A DNA stretch of 61,716 nucleotides, filler included, from Basidioascus undulatus (taxonomy: Eukaryota), in assembly GCA_000826855.1 (NCBI GenBank). It is 10 parts of 10 records of this genome, joined end to end, with 100 filler letters (N's around TTAATTAATTAA, not from the genome) between each part and the next. Parts side by side here need not be neighbours in the genome. Positions count along the whole stretch, not along the records: positions 37,400 to 41,376 come from JTLS01002267.1; positions 41,477 to 45,450 come from JTLS01002268.1; positions 45,551 to 49,521 come from JTLS01002269.1; positions 49,622 to 53,592 come from JTLS01002270.1; positions 53,693 to 57,654 come from JTLS01002271.1; 5 more parts are not named here. One strand, written 5' to 3'. Under the pieces are notes generated by a model. That model saw only the letters and a list, made by a program, of their open reading frames with translations, was not told where the DNA came from and ran no database searches. Both the position numbers and the translations under genes were made by a program. Of the stretch, positions 39,188 through 56,184 are shown piece by piece. How positions within the stretch are numbered: the first letter of the stretch is position 1; the number at the start of each line of letters is the position of its first letter.

Positions 39188-41376
39188 GGTTAGTAGGCAA
39201 GAGGGTGAGATTCGAAGGAGTCAAACTGTCACTCCTAACGAGTCGATGATGATTGTTGAAGGTCAAGGTGGCCCGGCCTGGATGAACTATTTTTTATCGG
39301 GTGTGGAGCTGGTAACTACTGTTGGACTGCTCTCAGATTTTTTTTAATCCTGATTCGATTGGAACAAGTGCTGAGGAAAGAATTGATTGTGAATAACTTG
39401 CTTTGCTCACTGCGCGTGAAGTCTTGCTTGCAATTGAGTATTTTCGGCCATGTCCTGAAGACGCAAGTTTGTCCCATGCTTCAGTCCAGCGTGCGAAACA
39501 GCCTATCAGTCCTAAATTATCAGAGCCAATTTGTGAATCGGGTGAGTAAGATGGAGAAATTTGCCTGGCGACGACGATACCTCGCGGCGTTGAAGCCGAG
39601 GAGCTGCAGCAGGCAGTGCGAAAGAGCGGTTCGCCGCATTTGCAAGAAACTTGCACCCCAGAAGTGTACCCGCCAGATAATTCACCGATTTAGATTACAG
39701 TATGGAACAAAGGGTATCGTGATTGAAGGATACATTAGGACACCTTGTTTGGCTTGCTGTGTCAGTGCACCCAAGGACGAGCGCTGGAACAGACACCGCG
39801 TGCAACGGACAGCGCTCTTTAGCGACACTCCAAACATCCGCTTTCTCCGCACTGATACTCGTGTGTTCTGTATATAACATACCCCTACCTCCAGAAATTT
39901 GTGAACTCGAGCTGGTCGATCGGGTTGGCGTCTTGACCTTACTCCAAGAGATCAGCATGAGCTTTCAAGATCCCGGTACGACACACACGTTCGAAAACAA
40001 CACTTCCGGTCCTTCTTGACATCCGTGAACCGTCCACACAGACCTCGTTACGAGCACCACCCTTTTTGTCCGCCACCTCAGCTCGGAGGTAACTCAGGAG
40101 GACATCGGCGAGCTGCTCAGGCTCGCGGACGTCGAGGACTTCGAGTGGGCCTCTCACGGCGTCCTAGAATTAACAGACGGCTGAAAGACTGAACTCTGCT
40201 ATCAGAATCTGTTGCATTGAGCAGTCCGGAAGCTCAGGTCTTCTGAGTGGCGAGCTCCGCTTTGCATCTGTGGCTGTCGGTGCGTACTCTTCCCCGGCGG
40301 CTGACTGGCCGCAACCGCTCACATTCAGGCCTGTCGACCCTCTCGCAGCTGAGAATGTCTTCGCACTGCTGGACCTCCGCATCCACCCTGCCTACCCTCC
40401 GCCGCCGCCGTCGGCTGGCACAGCTTTACTTCTCGTAGGGCCCTTCTCTTCGCCCAAGCTCTACCACGTCCTTAGACCCTTCAGGCTTGTTACTCCACCT
40501 CCAGCATCACACCGGCGCGGGAAACATTTGAGCGTGCTTTCACCGCCGGCCTGACGCTCGCTCTGCCTTCGAGGCAATCATGGCTCAAGAGCCGCTTCGC
40601 TCTCTCGCCACGCTTCTCATTGCAACAACGGATTCGACTTTACTCCCGCCGCATCTTCTTGAAGGAGTCAGCATCGAGTCTGTCGCAGGGGACGACAAGT
40701 CGAGTTTCTTTCACTTCCCAACTCGTCAGGCGGCTGCCTCGTTCTGCGCAGAGTACAGCGACCGCGCGCAGTACGCCATGGAGCAGTTCTTCGACCTATC
40801 CGCCAAGCTCGAGCTCGGAAATACGAGGAAATAGCTGAGCCCAAAAATGGTGGCCGCTCGAGCTCGGTCTTCTCCGATCAAAGACGACGTCGAGATGGAT
40901 TGAAACGAAGCTGTCTGGGCTTCACACTCGGCCGCGCCGAAAAAGCCTGGACCGAGCGCCCCCGAAAAAGGGAATCGAAGCCTACGACGCAGCGTACGAC
41001 CCTCGCAGGCTCGATGGGCTTCTGGCGACGCCGCTCCTGTGCATGGAAGACTCACTCGTCGAAGCAGACTTCGACTCGTGCGCCGTTTACTACACTGTTG
41101 ACCTGCTTCCCATTCGCCTCGACTGAGTATCTCTCTTTCTGGGTGTGCAGGTTCACGTCCCTCCGCCCCTTCCCGCCCCAATCATCCCTCAGCACCAACC
41201 GCTCGCAACGACACGCTTCAGTTTCGACCGTTTCGACCGGTGGATAAAGGCGGGAGGAATGTGGCTTCCTCGGAAGTGTTATAGCCTCCCCTTGGATACA
41301 TCGGTTGGGACGGAGGAACGCAGCACGCCGCAAGGCAGCCCCTCGGGGACTTTCGTGCTTAGGATGTTGACATAAT

Positions 41377-41476
41377 NNNNNNNNNNNNNNNNNNNNNNNN
41401 NNNNNNNNNNNNNNNNNNNNTTAATTAATTAANNNNNNNNNNNNNNNNNNNNNNNNNNNNNNNNNNNNNNNNNNNN
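41377..41476. other. Artificial contig linker
   Basis: Same 100-nt spacer. Confidence 0.98.
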
Positions 41477-42044
41477 CCCCTTACCCCAGCCCACCGCCTC
41501 CCAGTCGCCCAGATCCGCGCCGCGGCCTACGCCGACCCCACCGGCGCCCCCGTCGAGTACGTCTTCTGGCTGGCCCCCGCAGGCGAGCAATTCCGGATCC
41601 AAGGGCGCGTGCACCTCTTCGGCTCTCCCTCCGCCCGCTCGGGGCTGCCGCCGTTCCCGAGCGACCGTCTCGCGCCGGGCGTGGACTGGGAGTCCCTCCG
41701 CCAGGAGGAGTGGGCAAAGATGTCTGGGCATCTGCGCGCGAGCTTCTTGAGGCCCCAGCCTGGGAGCAGCGTGGAGAAGCCGGAGGAGGCGAGGGAGTGG
41801 AAGGAGAGTGTGGAGGCTGGGGAGGAGGAAGCGGGCGAAGGGCTCGAGAGGTTCACGCTTTTTGTTGTCGAGCCGGAGTTTGTGGATCGGGTGCGGCTGG
41901 CGGTGAGTCGGTTGAAGAAGTGGAGGGGGAGGGAGATCCGAGGCTGATGCGTGGGATACTGGGCGATAGGTCATGCCGAATGAGCGGTACCAGTATGACA
42001 AGAAGGAGGACGGGACTTGGGTGACGACGCAGGTCGTGCCGTAG
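41477..42044 (+). CDS. Pyridoxamine 5'-phosphate oxidase-like FMN-binding protein (Alr4036/YGR017W type), C-terminal part
   Basis: VEYVFWL...EQFRIQG, DWESLR...MSGHLRASF.RP.PG, FTLFVVEPEFVDRV, NERYQY...WVTTQVVP*. Confidence 0.82.
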
Positions 42045-44401
42045 ACGCGTTCGCTCCTCCTTGATCCAGCAGAACAGACAATATGGAGACCGACGTCCTT
42101 CGAAACGAGGATTCGTGTTCAACAAGAATGCATGTGCACCGCCTAGAAGTCTCGTGCGTCCGTAGTCCTCTAGGACAGCGCCGAGGACAACGGCGTGCTG
42201 CGCGAGGCGCCTTCGTCTAGCCAGCTATTAATCGTTATCCTCACTGGGTCCTTCCGTGGGCTGGGGGTAGGAGGGACCATGTGGAGTGGCGTGCTTGTGG
42301 GAGAGTGTGGGGAATGCGAGCGCGTCAGCCGGAAGAGACTTTCACAGTCGCCTCGGTGACGGCTCGGCGGGAAAGGACACCGTGCATCCAACATCAAATC
42401 ACCAGCGAAGAATCGTTACCTTCTCTAAACAACCTCTACTCCCGCTACACCGCTCCTGCCCAAACTGAGGATGTGCTCGCCGGTGTACCACCCGCCCGTA
42501 TCACACAGCGTGCAGCGCGGCGTGTGGTATTAGTGACGAGTTCAGGATCCTCTGGCCAGCGTAAATGATGTCCTCCCTCGAGGGTGGGCGAGGAGGGACA
42601 GTACCTGACTGGCGGGATGGTATGTGTATGGAGGAAAGACGGAACAAGGGAGTTTGCGGTCATTCGGGGGACCGGGTTCGGGCGGACCGGGTGCATGGAA
42701 AGTTCACGGAGTTTGGGGTCTGCTCCCGGCGGGTTCGCGTTGAGGAGATGGAGTGCACTGGAGGGTTAATAAGAGGGAGGCTCTTCGTGGATTTTGAATG
42801 CGAGAGTATGTGCGCTCTTGGGAATCATCCAATGGAGGGGCAAGAGGCCATAAAAGAGGTGGATACAGAGCAGCTCACCGTTGACTGCGAGCACCTCACG
42901 TCCTTGGGGTTGAATTTTCGTGGACAATGAGGTATCATGTTAGGGCTTAACTGACCTGGAGATTTTTCGAGAACTGGCGCCGGAAGGAGCCTCTCCTTGT
43001 ACCTGGTTGCGGTCGCTGCACAGCTGCAGTGTATTGAGTTTTCTCCCGTATCCCTCGTACCGCACCAGCCCGAGGCAGGCCGAGAGTATAGCATGGATCC
43101 TTCTCAGAATAATCTCTCACTGCGCAGCCTGGAAAACCTACTGAGGAGCCGAGTACCTCACTGCTGCTGCTGTCGACGCAGTCGCACTTTCAAGCGACTC
43201 CATTGTCCAACCGGTATAGTCGCTGCAGCTGCATCAACTATGAGTGGAATAGTTTCCTCCTTTGATTACCGTCGGCTGAAAGAGCCGTAGCTAAAAATAC
43301 TCTACCTGACGGTTCCCTCTCACGCTGATGCTCCGAGTAATTTTCTAGACCTCGTTATGCCACCACTGAGACCAAATATCTTCTTGGCCTTCTCGCACAG
43401 TGAGTTGGAGATCAGTTTCTTTGTTCAGAGTGTTAATGATACCTTTTTTAGCAGCGTATCAGAGCACACAGCTTGGCTTGTTGGCACTGCGGCGTGAAGT
43501 CCAGATTGAGCACCGACCCACGACCTCCTTTCCGCCTACCCCTTGCTGAGCTCCTCCCTTTCATATCGACGCCCAAAAAAAATTCAGTTAGGGGAAGAGG
43601 GAGCCTCGATACTTTCTCACTCTGTAGATTACCCACTGAAAGGGCAACAGAATGCAAGGCAGCAGAATGCAGAACTTCTCGACCGAGTCATGGAAGAACC
43701 AACGGTTTCCATGACGGGGTGTTCTGTACTGACAACGTGATCAGCCCACGCATTCAACTATACATCTAGAATACCCCCTGTAGGGGCAAACCATTCAGTT
43801 TTCTGGAAGCGAACAAGGTTGCTCAAAGAAAGCATCCCCTCACTCAGCGCAGGACTGCCTGCACGTGTGCACTCTTCTCTCGGATGCTGTATAGTTTGCA
43901 CAAGCACGAGATGACGCATTCTGCATGGCGCAGTCTAAGCAACTATCGGTGGTGCGCGTGACAGTTATCAGCGGGGCAGAACTTGGCAGACTGTTTTGTA
44001 CAAAAGTAGCCGGGAAGATGGGAAGATGGCGAGCGCGATGAGGAGCGATGGTGTGCTTGAAACGGCTGTCGGTCTTAAACCTGCCCTTCCGGAATACAGA
44101 GGATTAGCTGGAATGTTTGGTGGGATGGGAATCGAAAAGATTCCATTGGAGATTCACTGGATGCGCACAGAGCTTTGGGACAAATTGAGAAAGACTGGTG
44201 GTCAGGCTGCAGAATGCTGCAGGAAGTGAACGTGGAATTAATACCGCGACAAGTGCAAGTGAATTGCAGCTAATCTGTGGCTAGTAATCAAGTACAGTAA
44301 GCGCCGCGCCGCGTCCTCGGCCCGCGAGGTGTCGTGCTCTCGCTTTCGCCATCGCCTCATCTGAGGGCTCTTCCTGAACCGCCTTGAGCCCACGCCACGC
44401 C

Positions 44402-45450
44402 ATGGCCAGCCCAAATTCTGTCGCTGGAACCCCCTCTTCCCAACAGTCCACTTCCACCCGCGCCCATTCTACACCAGTAACTGCAGCAGCATCCACATCG
44501 ACCCCCTCACCGTCCGCCGTACCGACGTCAGCGATGCACGCCATGCGACTGGCCGCCCAGTCACCGACCGTCTCCCCCTCCTCCTCCCGCACCGCGTCTC
44601 CGGAGCCCTCCTTCGACATCGACCACCTCCACGACCCCGAAGCGGGAGCAGCAGCAGCCGCGAGCGCAGCGAAGAAGTCGTGCGACATCGTCCCCATGTC
44701 GGCGTCCATCTCGGGCCCGCACACCAACTCCAAGCGCGGCTGCAGCGTCCCCGGCGAGGACAAGGGCAAGGGTCGCCTCCGGAGCGATCTCGATGCCGTC
44801 GTCCTCGGCGAGCAGCAGGGCCGCAAGCTTTGCATTCGCCACCAGATGATGGCCGACGAGGGCACCAGCGCCCAGCTACAGGAGGTGAGTTCCGGTGGCG
44901 GCGTTCCTTCTCCCTCGTGTGACTCGGTCGCTCCGGGCCGACCTCGATAGCGATTCTGACCTTTTCCCCGTGTCCTTTGCGCAATTTTAGTCCCTCGATT
45001 CGCTCTCCTTCGCCCAGCGCTCAGCAGTCACCTCCGTCTGGTCGACGTTCTCCTCTTCGCCCGCGCCCCTCCGTCTCCTCATTCTCCAAGGCATTCTCCA
45101 AACATGTTGCTTCAGCCAGCTCTCCTTCCTCTCCGAATCCCTCGCCGACCTCATCCGCATCGACCCCTTCGTCCTCATCCCCCGCGAAGTCAGCCTCAAG
45201 GTCCTCGGCTACCTCGACGCCATCTCCCTCGCGCGCGCCGCCCAGGTCAGCCGCTCGTGGAAGAACCTCGCCGACGACGACCTCCTCTGGCGCAACATGT
45301 GCGAGCAGCACATCGAGCGCAAGTGCGAGAAGTGCGGGTGGGGCTTGCCCTTGCTGGAGAAGCGGAGGAGAGGCGGGAAGCCGGGTCCGGTCGCGCCGAA
45401 GGTCGGCAACGCCAAGCGCGCGCTGCTCGCGAGCCACACCGCGCACATCG
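44402..45450 (+). CDS. MET30: F-box/WD40 sulfur regulator Met30/SconB/SCON-2, N-terminal part (WD40 repeats beyond contig end)
   Basis: KLCIRHQMMADEG; VWSTFSSSP...LILQGILQTCCFSQLS; LIRIDPF..IPREVSLKVLGYLDAISLARAAQVS; WRNMCEQHIERKCEKCGWGLPLL. Confidence 0.92.
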
Positions 45451-45550
45451 NNNNNNNNNNNNNNNNNNNNNNNNNNNNNNNNNNNNNNNNNNNNTTAATT
45501 AATTAANNNNNNNNNNNNNNNNNNNNNNNNNNNNNNNNNNNNNNNNNNNN
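45451..45550. other. Artificial contig linker
   Basis: Same 100-nt spacer. Confidence 0.98.
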
Positions 45551-49521
<3,971 letters not shown>

Positions 49522-49621
49522 NNNNNNNNNNNNNNNNNNNNNNNNNNNNNNNNNNNNNNNNNNNNTTAATTAATTAANNNNNNNNNNNNNNNNNNNNNNN
49601 NNNNNNNNNNNNNNNNNNNNN
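49522..49621. other. Artificial contig linker
   Basis: Same 100-nt spacer. Confidence 0.98.
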
Positions 49622-49864
49622 TGTGTTTTTGTGGATGTGTGTTGAGTTGAAGCAGAAAGAGCACATTGGGACGCGGAGACATGCGGGATGGAGATGGAGA
49701 TGCAGCAGAGACAGGGCGGGGCCAACTGGCACTCCGCAAACGCCCGCCCATTGGCGAATCGCCTGCCCCTTGCCCGCGCACCATCATCATCTACCCACCA
49801 TCGTCGGCTATCGGGGCACTCAGGCCGTTGCTCGCTATCTCTCCGGGTTCACTCAAGATTCTCG

Positions 49865-50400
49865 ATGGCTCTCCCTGAGCTTCCCGCAGAGATTCACGGG
49901 CTCATCATCGCCGAAGTCGCAACGCCCTCTCATCCGCTGGCCTACCCGAGGAACTCGGCAACGCTCGCTTCGCTCTGCCTCCTATCGCGCTAGTTCTACA
50001 GAGCAGCAGCGCCGCTACTCTACGGCTCAATGAATTGGTCGAAACCTGAGCAAATCGACAAGCTGGCCCGTACAGCGGAAGCAAACCCGCAGCCTCATTC
50101 TCTGTGCATCAACACTTTCGAGTACTCCAACAATCAGACAATCCCACTGCTAGCGGCAACGATGACGGGACTTCGGCACTGCTTTGACACCTGTATACAT
50201 CGCCTCTTCCAGGCGGGTCTCTTACTCTGGAAGAGTATTCGCTGCCGCATCTCAGCTTTCCGGACTTCAATGGGTTCTGTGCATCAGAAACCGTTCAGCG
50301 CCTAGCTCTAGTGGACGTCCCATTCGAAAGCGCGCAGTCTATCGAATTACTTTCGAAGATACCTCGTCTCACCCAGGCTTGATACGATGGAGCGAAAATT
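49865..50400 (+). pseudogene. F-box-like (SHPLAY-type) gene with in-frame stop and later frameshift; end approximate
   Basis: MALPELPAEIHGLIIAEVATPSHPLAYPRNSATLASLCLLSR*FYRAAAPLLYGS...IDKLART; TAG at 49991-49993; VQRLALVDVPF lies in a shifted frame. Confidence 0.65.
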
Positions 50401-51257
50401 GAACCTTTTGGGAGAGCTATCTTCTTTCGAAGTCGAAACACAGGTACTAAGATCGTTGCTGTGGGCGGAGGCTACTGGACCAAGTGCATCCTCGACGGAA
50501 CGTTGTGGGAGGCCGAGTACTCTGTCAGGATTGTGATAGGTGTGTAGGGTGTCCTGGGATTAAGTGGCTTCATCTTACAGTCAATTGTAGTATTACAAGA
50601 GGGCTTCCGCTCCTCATATGTGCTTTCATGCACACGCTGTGCACTGACTTTCCGTTGGGCACGACCTGATGCAGCATTAGAAAAGCTTTGATCAGTGAAT
50701 GGACTTATACCTATGTTTTAAAGAAGCCTTGCAAACTCAATCTTTCAGAACTTCAGAAGTTAAGATAGAATATGGGTTGGAGAACTGGGCAACGCCCGGA
50801 AGCCCGAAAAACGTTCATTGCTACACCGCTTTTGCTGCGGACACTTGAAATCATGGATCTGAGGACTGAATGGAAGCAGCAAGTCTTCAGTTCGGATGTT
50901 TCATTCGCTCCGGAGCTCGGGCATGCGGGCATGGGCCACCGAGGCTCGCTGTTCAAGGGACGTGCAACGACTGCACGCACTGCCCCTTGCGCCATCTGGG
51001 CAATTGCCAAGCGGATGTGCGCAGAGGAGTGTGCGGAACGCGCCTTTACAAAATGTGTCTTGGGCTTGTTCTCTGAATCGCAAGGGCTGTGCAGGCGTTG
51101 GTTGCGTCCACAATCCGCCCGCCGCCCTCGGGGACTCACCTTGACCGCCGACCGCATGAACGTGATAAAGAGCTCCAGCTTCGCTCTCGCTGTCTGATTG
51201 TCTTCAATCTGCCTAGATCCATTACTTAAGTTCCAATTTCACCTCACACGGACTCCC

Positions 51258-52771
51258 GTGGCCAACGAATACGACAGCAGCCCCTACAATTACGCTAACG
51301 ACGGCGGACCAACGAAGTGGCATGCCCTGATCTTCGTTGTTCTGTTCGGGATCTCGACGTCCCTGCACTTCTTCCAGGCGGTCTGGACCCGGACATGGTA
51401 CTTGCTGTTCACTGTCTTCCTGTGTGGGGTCGGAGAGGTACGTATCTTCCCCTCGAGTCCGCTGAAGGCCCGGGCTGAAATGGGATGGTGGGCGGTGCTG
51501 AAGATTATGGGATGGGCCGGACGGACAGCCAGCGCGGACAACCCACGTCTGGAAACGTGAGCGACTCTCCAAACTTGTTCTGTATACCGTATCTGACATA
51601 TGGATGGATTGTCTCTAGGCCATTTCTGATTCGTGAGCCTTTTCAACGCGTGCAGCGTCCATTGTCTGGCTAACCTCCCGAGCTTGCAGAGATCTCTGTG
51701 CTCGTCCGTGTCGAATCTCCCAACATTCGATCAAGCCAAGTCTGACCCGTACAAATCCAGATATTCTCCCCGTGCTTCCTCATTGCTGCCATCTACGTCG
51801 AGCTCGGCCGTCTCGTGCAGCACTTCGGCCCAGGCTTCTCGCGCCTTCCGTCCCGCTGGGTAAAGCAGACCCTCCATCCTCTTCGAGTGCACGAAACTGA
51901 CATATGAGCGACTTTAGTATGCCATAATCTTCTGCACATGCGACGTTGTCGCCATCGTCATCCAGGCTGCGGGCGGCGGCATCGCCAGCTCTGCCGACGA
52001 TAGCGCCGCCGGGGCCGATCAGCAGCAGACAGGGTCTGACATCGTCCGTATTTCTTTCACGTATCAGATTGTGTGGAATCTCATTTGTGTTCCCCCTTAC
52101 ACTCGATAGATGCTAGGAGGCATCGTGTTCCAGCTCGTGACGGTCGTGCTGTTCTCCTTCCTCTGTGCGTGCTGTGCTTTTCGGTTTGGAAAACATCTGC
52201 ACGGCTCACTTTTTCCCCCTCATACTTAAGTGGCGGAGTTCGTGATCAGAGTCCGCATGAACATCCCCGCTCGACGCATCTCTTCCGACGAGCGCTCTTC
52301 CGCGACGCTTGATCGCGGCGAAACGCGGAAGTACCGCCTGCTGCTGGGGATGATGTCGGGCGTGCTGGTCCTGATATTCATCCGCTGTGCGAAAACTCTT
52401 TCAGTTATTGCGTACCATGCCTGGGCTCACATCTTCTTTATGCAGCTGTATATCGTGTAGCGGAGCTCGCACAGGGCTGGGAAGGCCATTTGATCACGAC
52501 GGAGCGCTATTTCGAGTCAGTCATAAAACATTCGGAGGGATTCAACACAACTTATGCATTACTGACAAAGGCGTATGGGGGTTTATTTGACAGCTGGCTC
52601 GACGGCGCCATGATCCTGCTTTCGATGATGCTCGTCAACGCGCTGCACCCGAGTTTCCTCCAGCTCGAGCCCGTCCCTCTGACCGGGAACGTTGAACTCG
52701 GCACTGGCACTGGAGGAGGACCGGGGATCCCCGAGGGAAAGCTGAGTGGGAGTGCGACCTCGAGCGTGTAG
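51258..52771 (+). CDS. RTA1-like (lipid-translocating exporter family) membrane protein; start codon uncertain
   Basis: SPYNY, IFVVLFGISTSLH, GE|IMGWAGR, FSPCFLIAAIY..LGR, IFCTCDVVAIVIQAAGGG, LGGIVFQL, IRSVYRVAELAQGW, ERYFDWLDG...LHP. Confidence 0.9.
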
Positions 52772-53592
52772 TTTAAACGAGAGGATGGGAGATGCTGTTC
52801 CTTTCGTATCGGACACTTTCGTATCTATCGCATGATGTAGAAGACAACTTTGTCATGGCTGGAATTCGATGGCCTGTTACGTTTGATCTCTGAAGTGGTA
52901 TGCCGCCTGTAGAGAGAAAAATATAGGTGTCTTACGGGTGAAACTATTTTTGATCAAGTACGCGCAACGACGCCCTGCATCCGTCCCTCTTACACTTAGG
53001 CCCACAGGTTCATCCAAGGACTACTTTCGCTATAAACCACAACAGATATTCCACGTTCGAGGGGAACCTGAGCACGAACGTCTTGATACGGATCGAAGTG
53101 TGACAGTCCGCCAAGGAGTGCTGCCGCGGCTGCGATCATACGGGCTGCGATAGCGCGGCGTTGGGCGGTATGGATTTATCCTCACAAAATTCGAGTGACC
53201 CACCATAATTAGTCCGAGCAGGAATAATTTGCCATGCCTGCAACAAGACGTGCTGCATGCAGCAGAAGCTCTGGTCCTTAGACGCGGCGACGCGGGCGGA
53301 CGGCGCCGAGGGCCCTGTTCCTGTGGACACGCCGAGGAATCCGAAGCGTCCGAGATGGCCCCTGCAATTTCTCATCTCGAAGAGCTTGCCTTCTGCACTG
53401 ATCACCTCCTGTCCTGCCGCGCTCTTTTCGGTGCCATAAATTCCAACGGCAGCGCTCACTAAATCGCACTTCATGCCAGCGCACTCCAGTCTACCATCCG
53501 CTATGGCGCCGCGTGTGACAGCTGTCGTGTACGGAAGCTTGCAAGTCCCATCCCCTTCCCTTCTTCGCAACACCCAAATATCTCCTCCTACA

Positions 53593-53692
53593 NNNNNNNN
53601 NNNNNNNNNNNNNNNNNNNNNNNNNNNNNNNNNNNNTTAATTAATTAANNNNNNNNNNNNNNNNNNNNNNNNNNNNNNNNNNNNNNNNNNNN
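53593..53692. other. Artificial contig linker
   Basis: Same 100-nt spacer. Confidence 0.98.
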
Positions 53693-53786
53693 AGAATAGC
53701 TCCAGGACATTTCGGTCTGCATCAATGGGTCTTGTTCAGGATGGCTGCCGGTCGCCCCACGTCCCACCGCTGGAACCGAAACTCAC

Positions 53787-53930
53787 CTGGACGACCATCC
53801 CAAACCCCTTAGCAAATGCGTTCTTCCTAGTCTCAAAGGCGGCCTTCTTCTTCGCTAGCTCACGCTCCTCCTCGACCGTGCCCACCAGCTTCTCCTCAAG
53901 CTCGGGCAGGCGAGCCGCGGCCCTGCGCGC
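53787..53930 (-). CDS. Internal exon of an unidentified gene that continues past the contig end
   Basis: CAG|ARRAAARLPELEEKLVGTVEEERELAKKKAAFETRKNAFAKGFGMVVQ|GTGAGT; 144 nt; coding-like codon use. Confidence 0.5.
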
Positions 53931-55358
53931 CTGCTCTCGTAAGCATGCGCTGTTTCCATAGGAGGTCCTGTTCCTGCCAATCCAGGGCCGCCCGTTAAAT
54001 CACGAGGGAAAAAGTTGGAGGCGGCCATGAGGGGGGTCTAGGTGTTCTACAGTGCACGCTAACCCTCAGTTGACGGCGGGCGAGACACAGGATTATTGGG
54101 AACGCACAGGAAGAAGCGCGGGCTTGTAGGTTGCCAGTGGCCTGTTGGGGTTGGAAGAAGGCGGATAAGGTGAGCAATTGAATACAGGTGGTGGCGATAG
54201 GTCAAGGGCACTTGCTGGGAACAGGATAACGACGAGGGGGGGCCAAGTCGAGGCCGGATGCGTGCCAGTCGTTCCTTCCGAGCCGTGACTCGATCATTCC
54301 TCAGCGGAAAGTGCTGCCTTCAAATCACTGTGTCCGAAGAAGACCTATGTGGGACCTATGTGTGCATTCTAGAAGCAGCGCCCGCTATGCGGAGTTCTGG
54401 TCAACCGTAATGTACTCACGCCAAGCACAGCAAAAAGACTCGGAAGACTCGGAAGCTTGATGCTGGCGCCCCATGAGGCTGTGAGGCAAATTCATAACTT
54501 GTTGTCTAGGTGGATATTATCCAATTAGTTCAGAAATAGTCCCCCCTCTTGTGAGTCATGCCAGCCCCCGACCGCACGCAGTCGCGTTTAACTCTCGTGC
54601 ATCTCCTGGGCTGCAGCGCCGCCCTCCAATTGTTAAGAGCACGCGGTATTCTATCAAATTGGAGCTTACCAAACCGTGCGGCCCGGGAAACTACCTTTGC
54701 GTGAAAACACTCAGCCTGGCCGTCGGCTTCTACCATACCGCCAAGTAGGCCCATGTCGGCAGCCCCAGCAAGAAGCACCTGCCAAGTCTCCTGTGGGACT
54801 GGTTGAATGCGAACTTCAGCTGTGCAAGAACATCTGGAGTGAGGTTTTGCGACGTAGAAATGAAATAACCGGGGGCTGGGGTGCACGGTTCAGGACCGCT
54901 TCGGGAGGCACGTATACGTGCTCTCGAGAACGTCCTGTGAGAAGGGCACAGTTTCTGTCTGCGGCAAAAAAAGGTTGAAACTACCGGAGACTATACAGCC
55001 TCTAGTCATACTAGCATTGGTTGACGCTGGCTGCACATCGAGCTGCCAAGAGAGTAGGAAGACAGCTGAATAGCTGCAGCCGCGAATCACCGAAAGACTC
55101 GAATGAGTTTGAAAGGACTGCTTCAGGTGCAGGACTAAGTACGAAAAGACTCTAGTGTACGCTTATATTCATTTCCGAGCAGAGGCAGTAATTGTATTGG
55201 AGAAGAGCAGCAGGGGAGCAAGGACTGCATTAATAGCCGAGCGGAGCCACCTGGCAAGGAGGGCGTCGCGGCGTTCACAAGTGGCTCAATCTCCTTTACA
55301 AACAGCCTTTGTATAACGTAACTTTGAAAATGATCTTCACCAGTAAATCGTAGTTACA

Positions 55359-56184
55359 CTAACCTCTCAGCTCCCTTTTCAGATCACACTCGTCTTCAGG
55401 TGCCCCGGCGCCCGCCAGTACCAGATCATTTCTCCACCTCCCACGGCGTCCCATAGAGGATGTGGTCAGTAACCAACGTCCATTTTGCTCAGATTCCTGG
55501 AGGCCGTACAACGCCACGGTGAGGTTGGCCAGGAGATTCGGAAGCAGTCGCGCGTTGACTTTGTGCAGCAATCTGTCCCTGACGGCGCGCGCATTATCGT
55601 CGTGCTCCATTCTGCTCGGGCGCACCCCGAGGATGATCTTCTGCAGTATGGTCGAATGTGTGACAGTCTAATGAGGTGCTCGATCCCTTCCTACTTGAAA
55701 AGCGTACATGGCTGTACAGCTACGATCGCCAGGTGGGCCAGACTCGGCATACGCAGCAAGGCGGTGCGACCGAAATCGAAGAGTCCGACGTCGCGCGTCT
55801 GAGAGATTCCGCCGCGGGGGACTCCAGACCGTGGAATCCCCCCGTCGGATGCACAACCTCTTCGAGAGCAATGCCATGCTCTGTGACCACTGCTGTTTGC
55901 TGCGCATTACCGGTTAGCGTCGGCGGGCGAGAGTAGAAGTCGACCAGGAATGAGCGGGTGAGCGCGCAGAGGTCAGGGCGGGCGTCTGCAGCGCGCATGA
56001 ACTTCGCGGCCCCCTGCCTGTCGAAAGCGCGACAGAGGAGTAGAGCAGGCGCCCCGGCCAAGATTTGAACGATCTCGAGAACAAGCAGAGCGTGGTCGAG
56101 AATGTAGGCGAACGGATGCGACAGTGCGTCGACCTCCTCGATAATGAGCGCGTGCATGTCGGACGGCAGCTGTGGGATGGCCAT
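55359..56184 (-). pseudogene. F-box-like (SHPFAY variant) gene with compensating frameshifts; 3' end approximate
   Basis: MAIPQLPSDMHALIIEEVDALSHPFAY; the family motif TLCLFSRSFKSWPGRLLYSSVAL lies in the +1 frame; AKFMRAADARPDLCALTRSF returns to the first frame. Confidence 0.6.

Noticed and set aside
40270..40834. Coding-like ORFs at 40270-40554 and 40580-40834
   Set aside because: No recognisable motif, and I could not build a consistent gene model; possibly a remnant.
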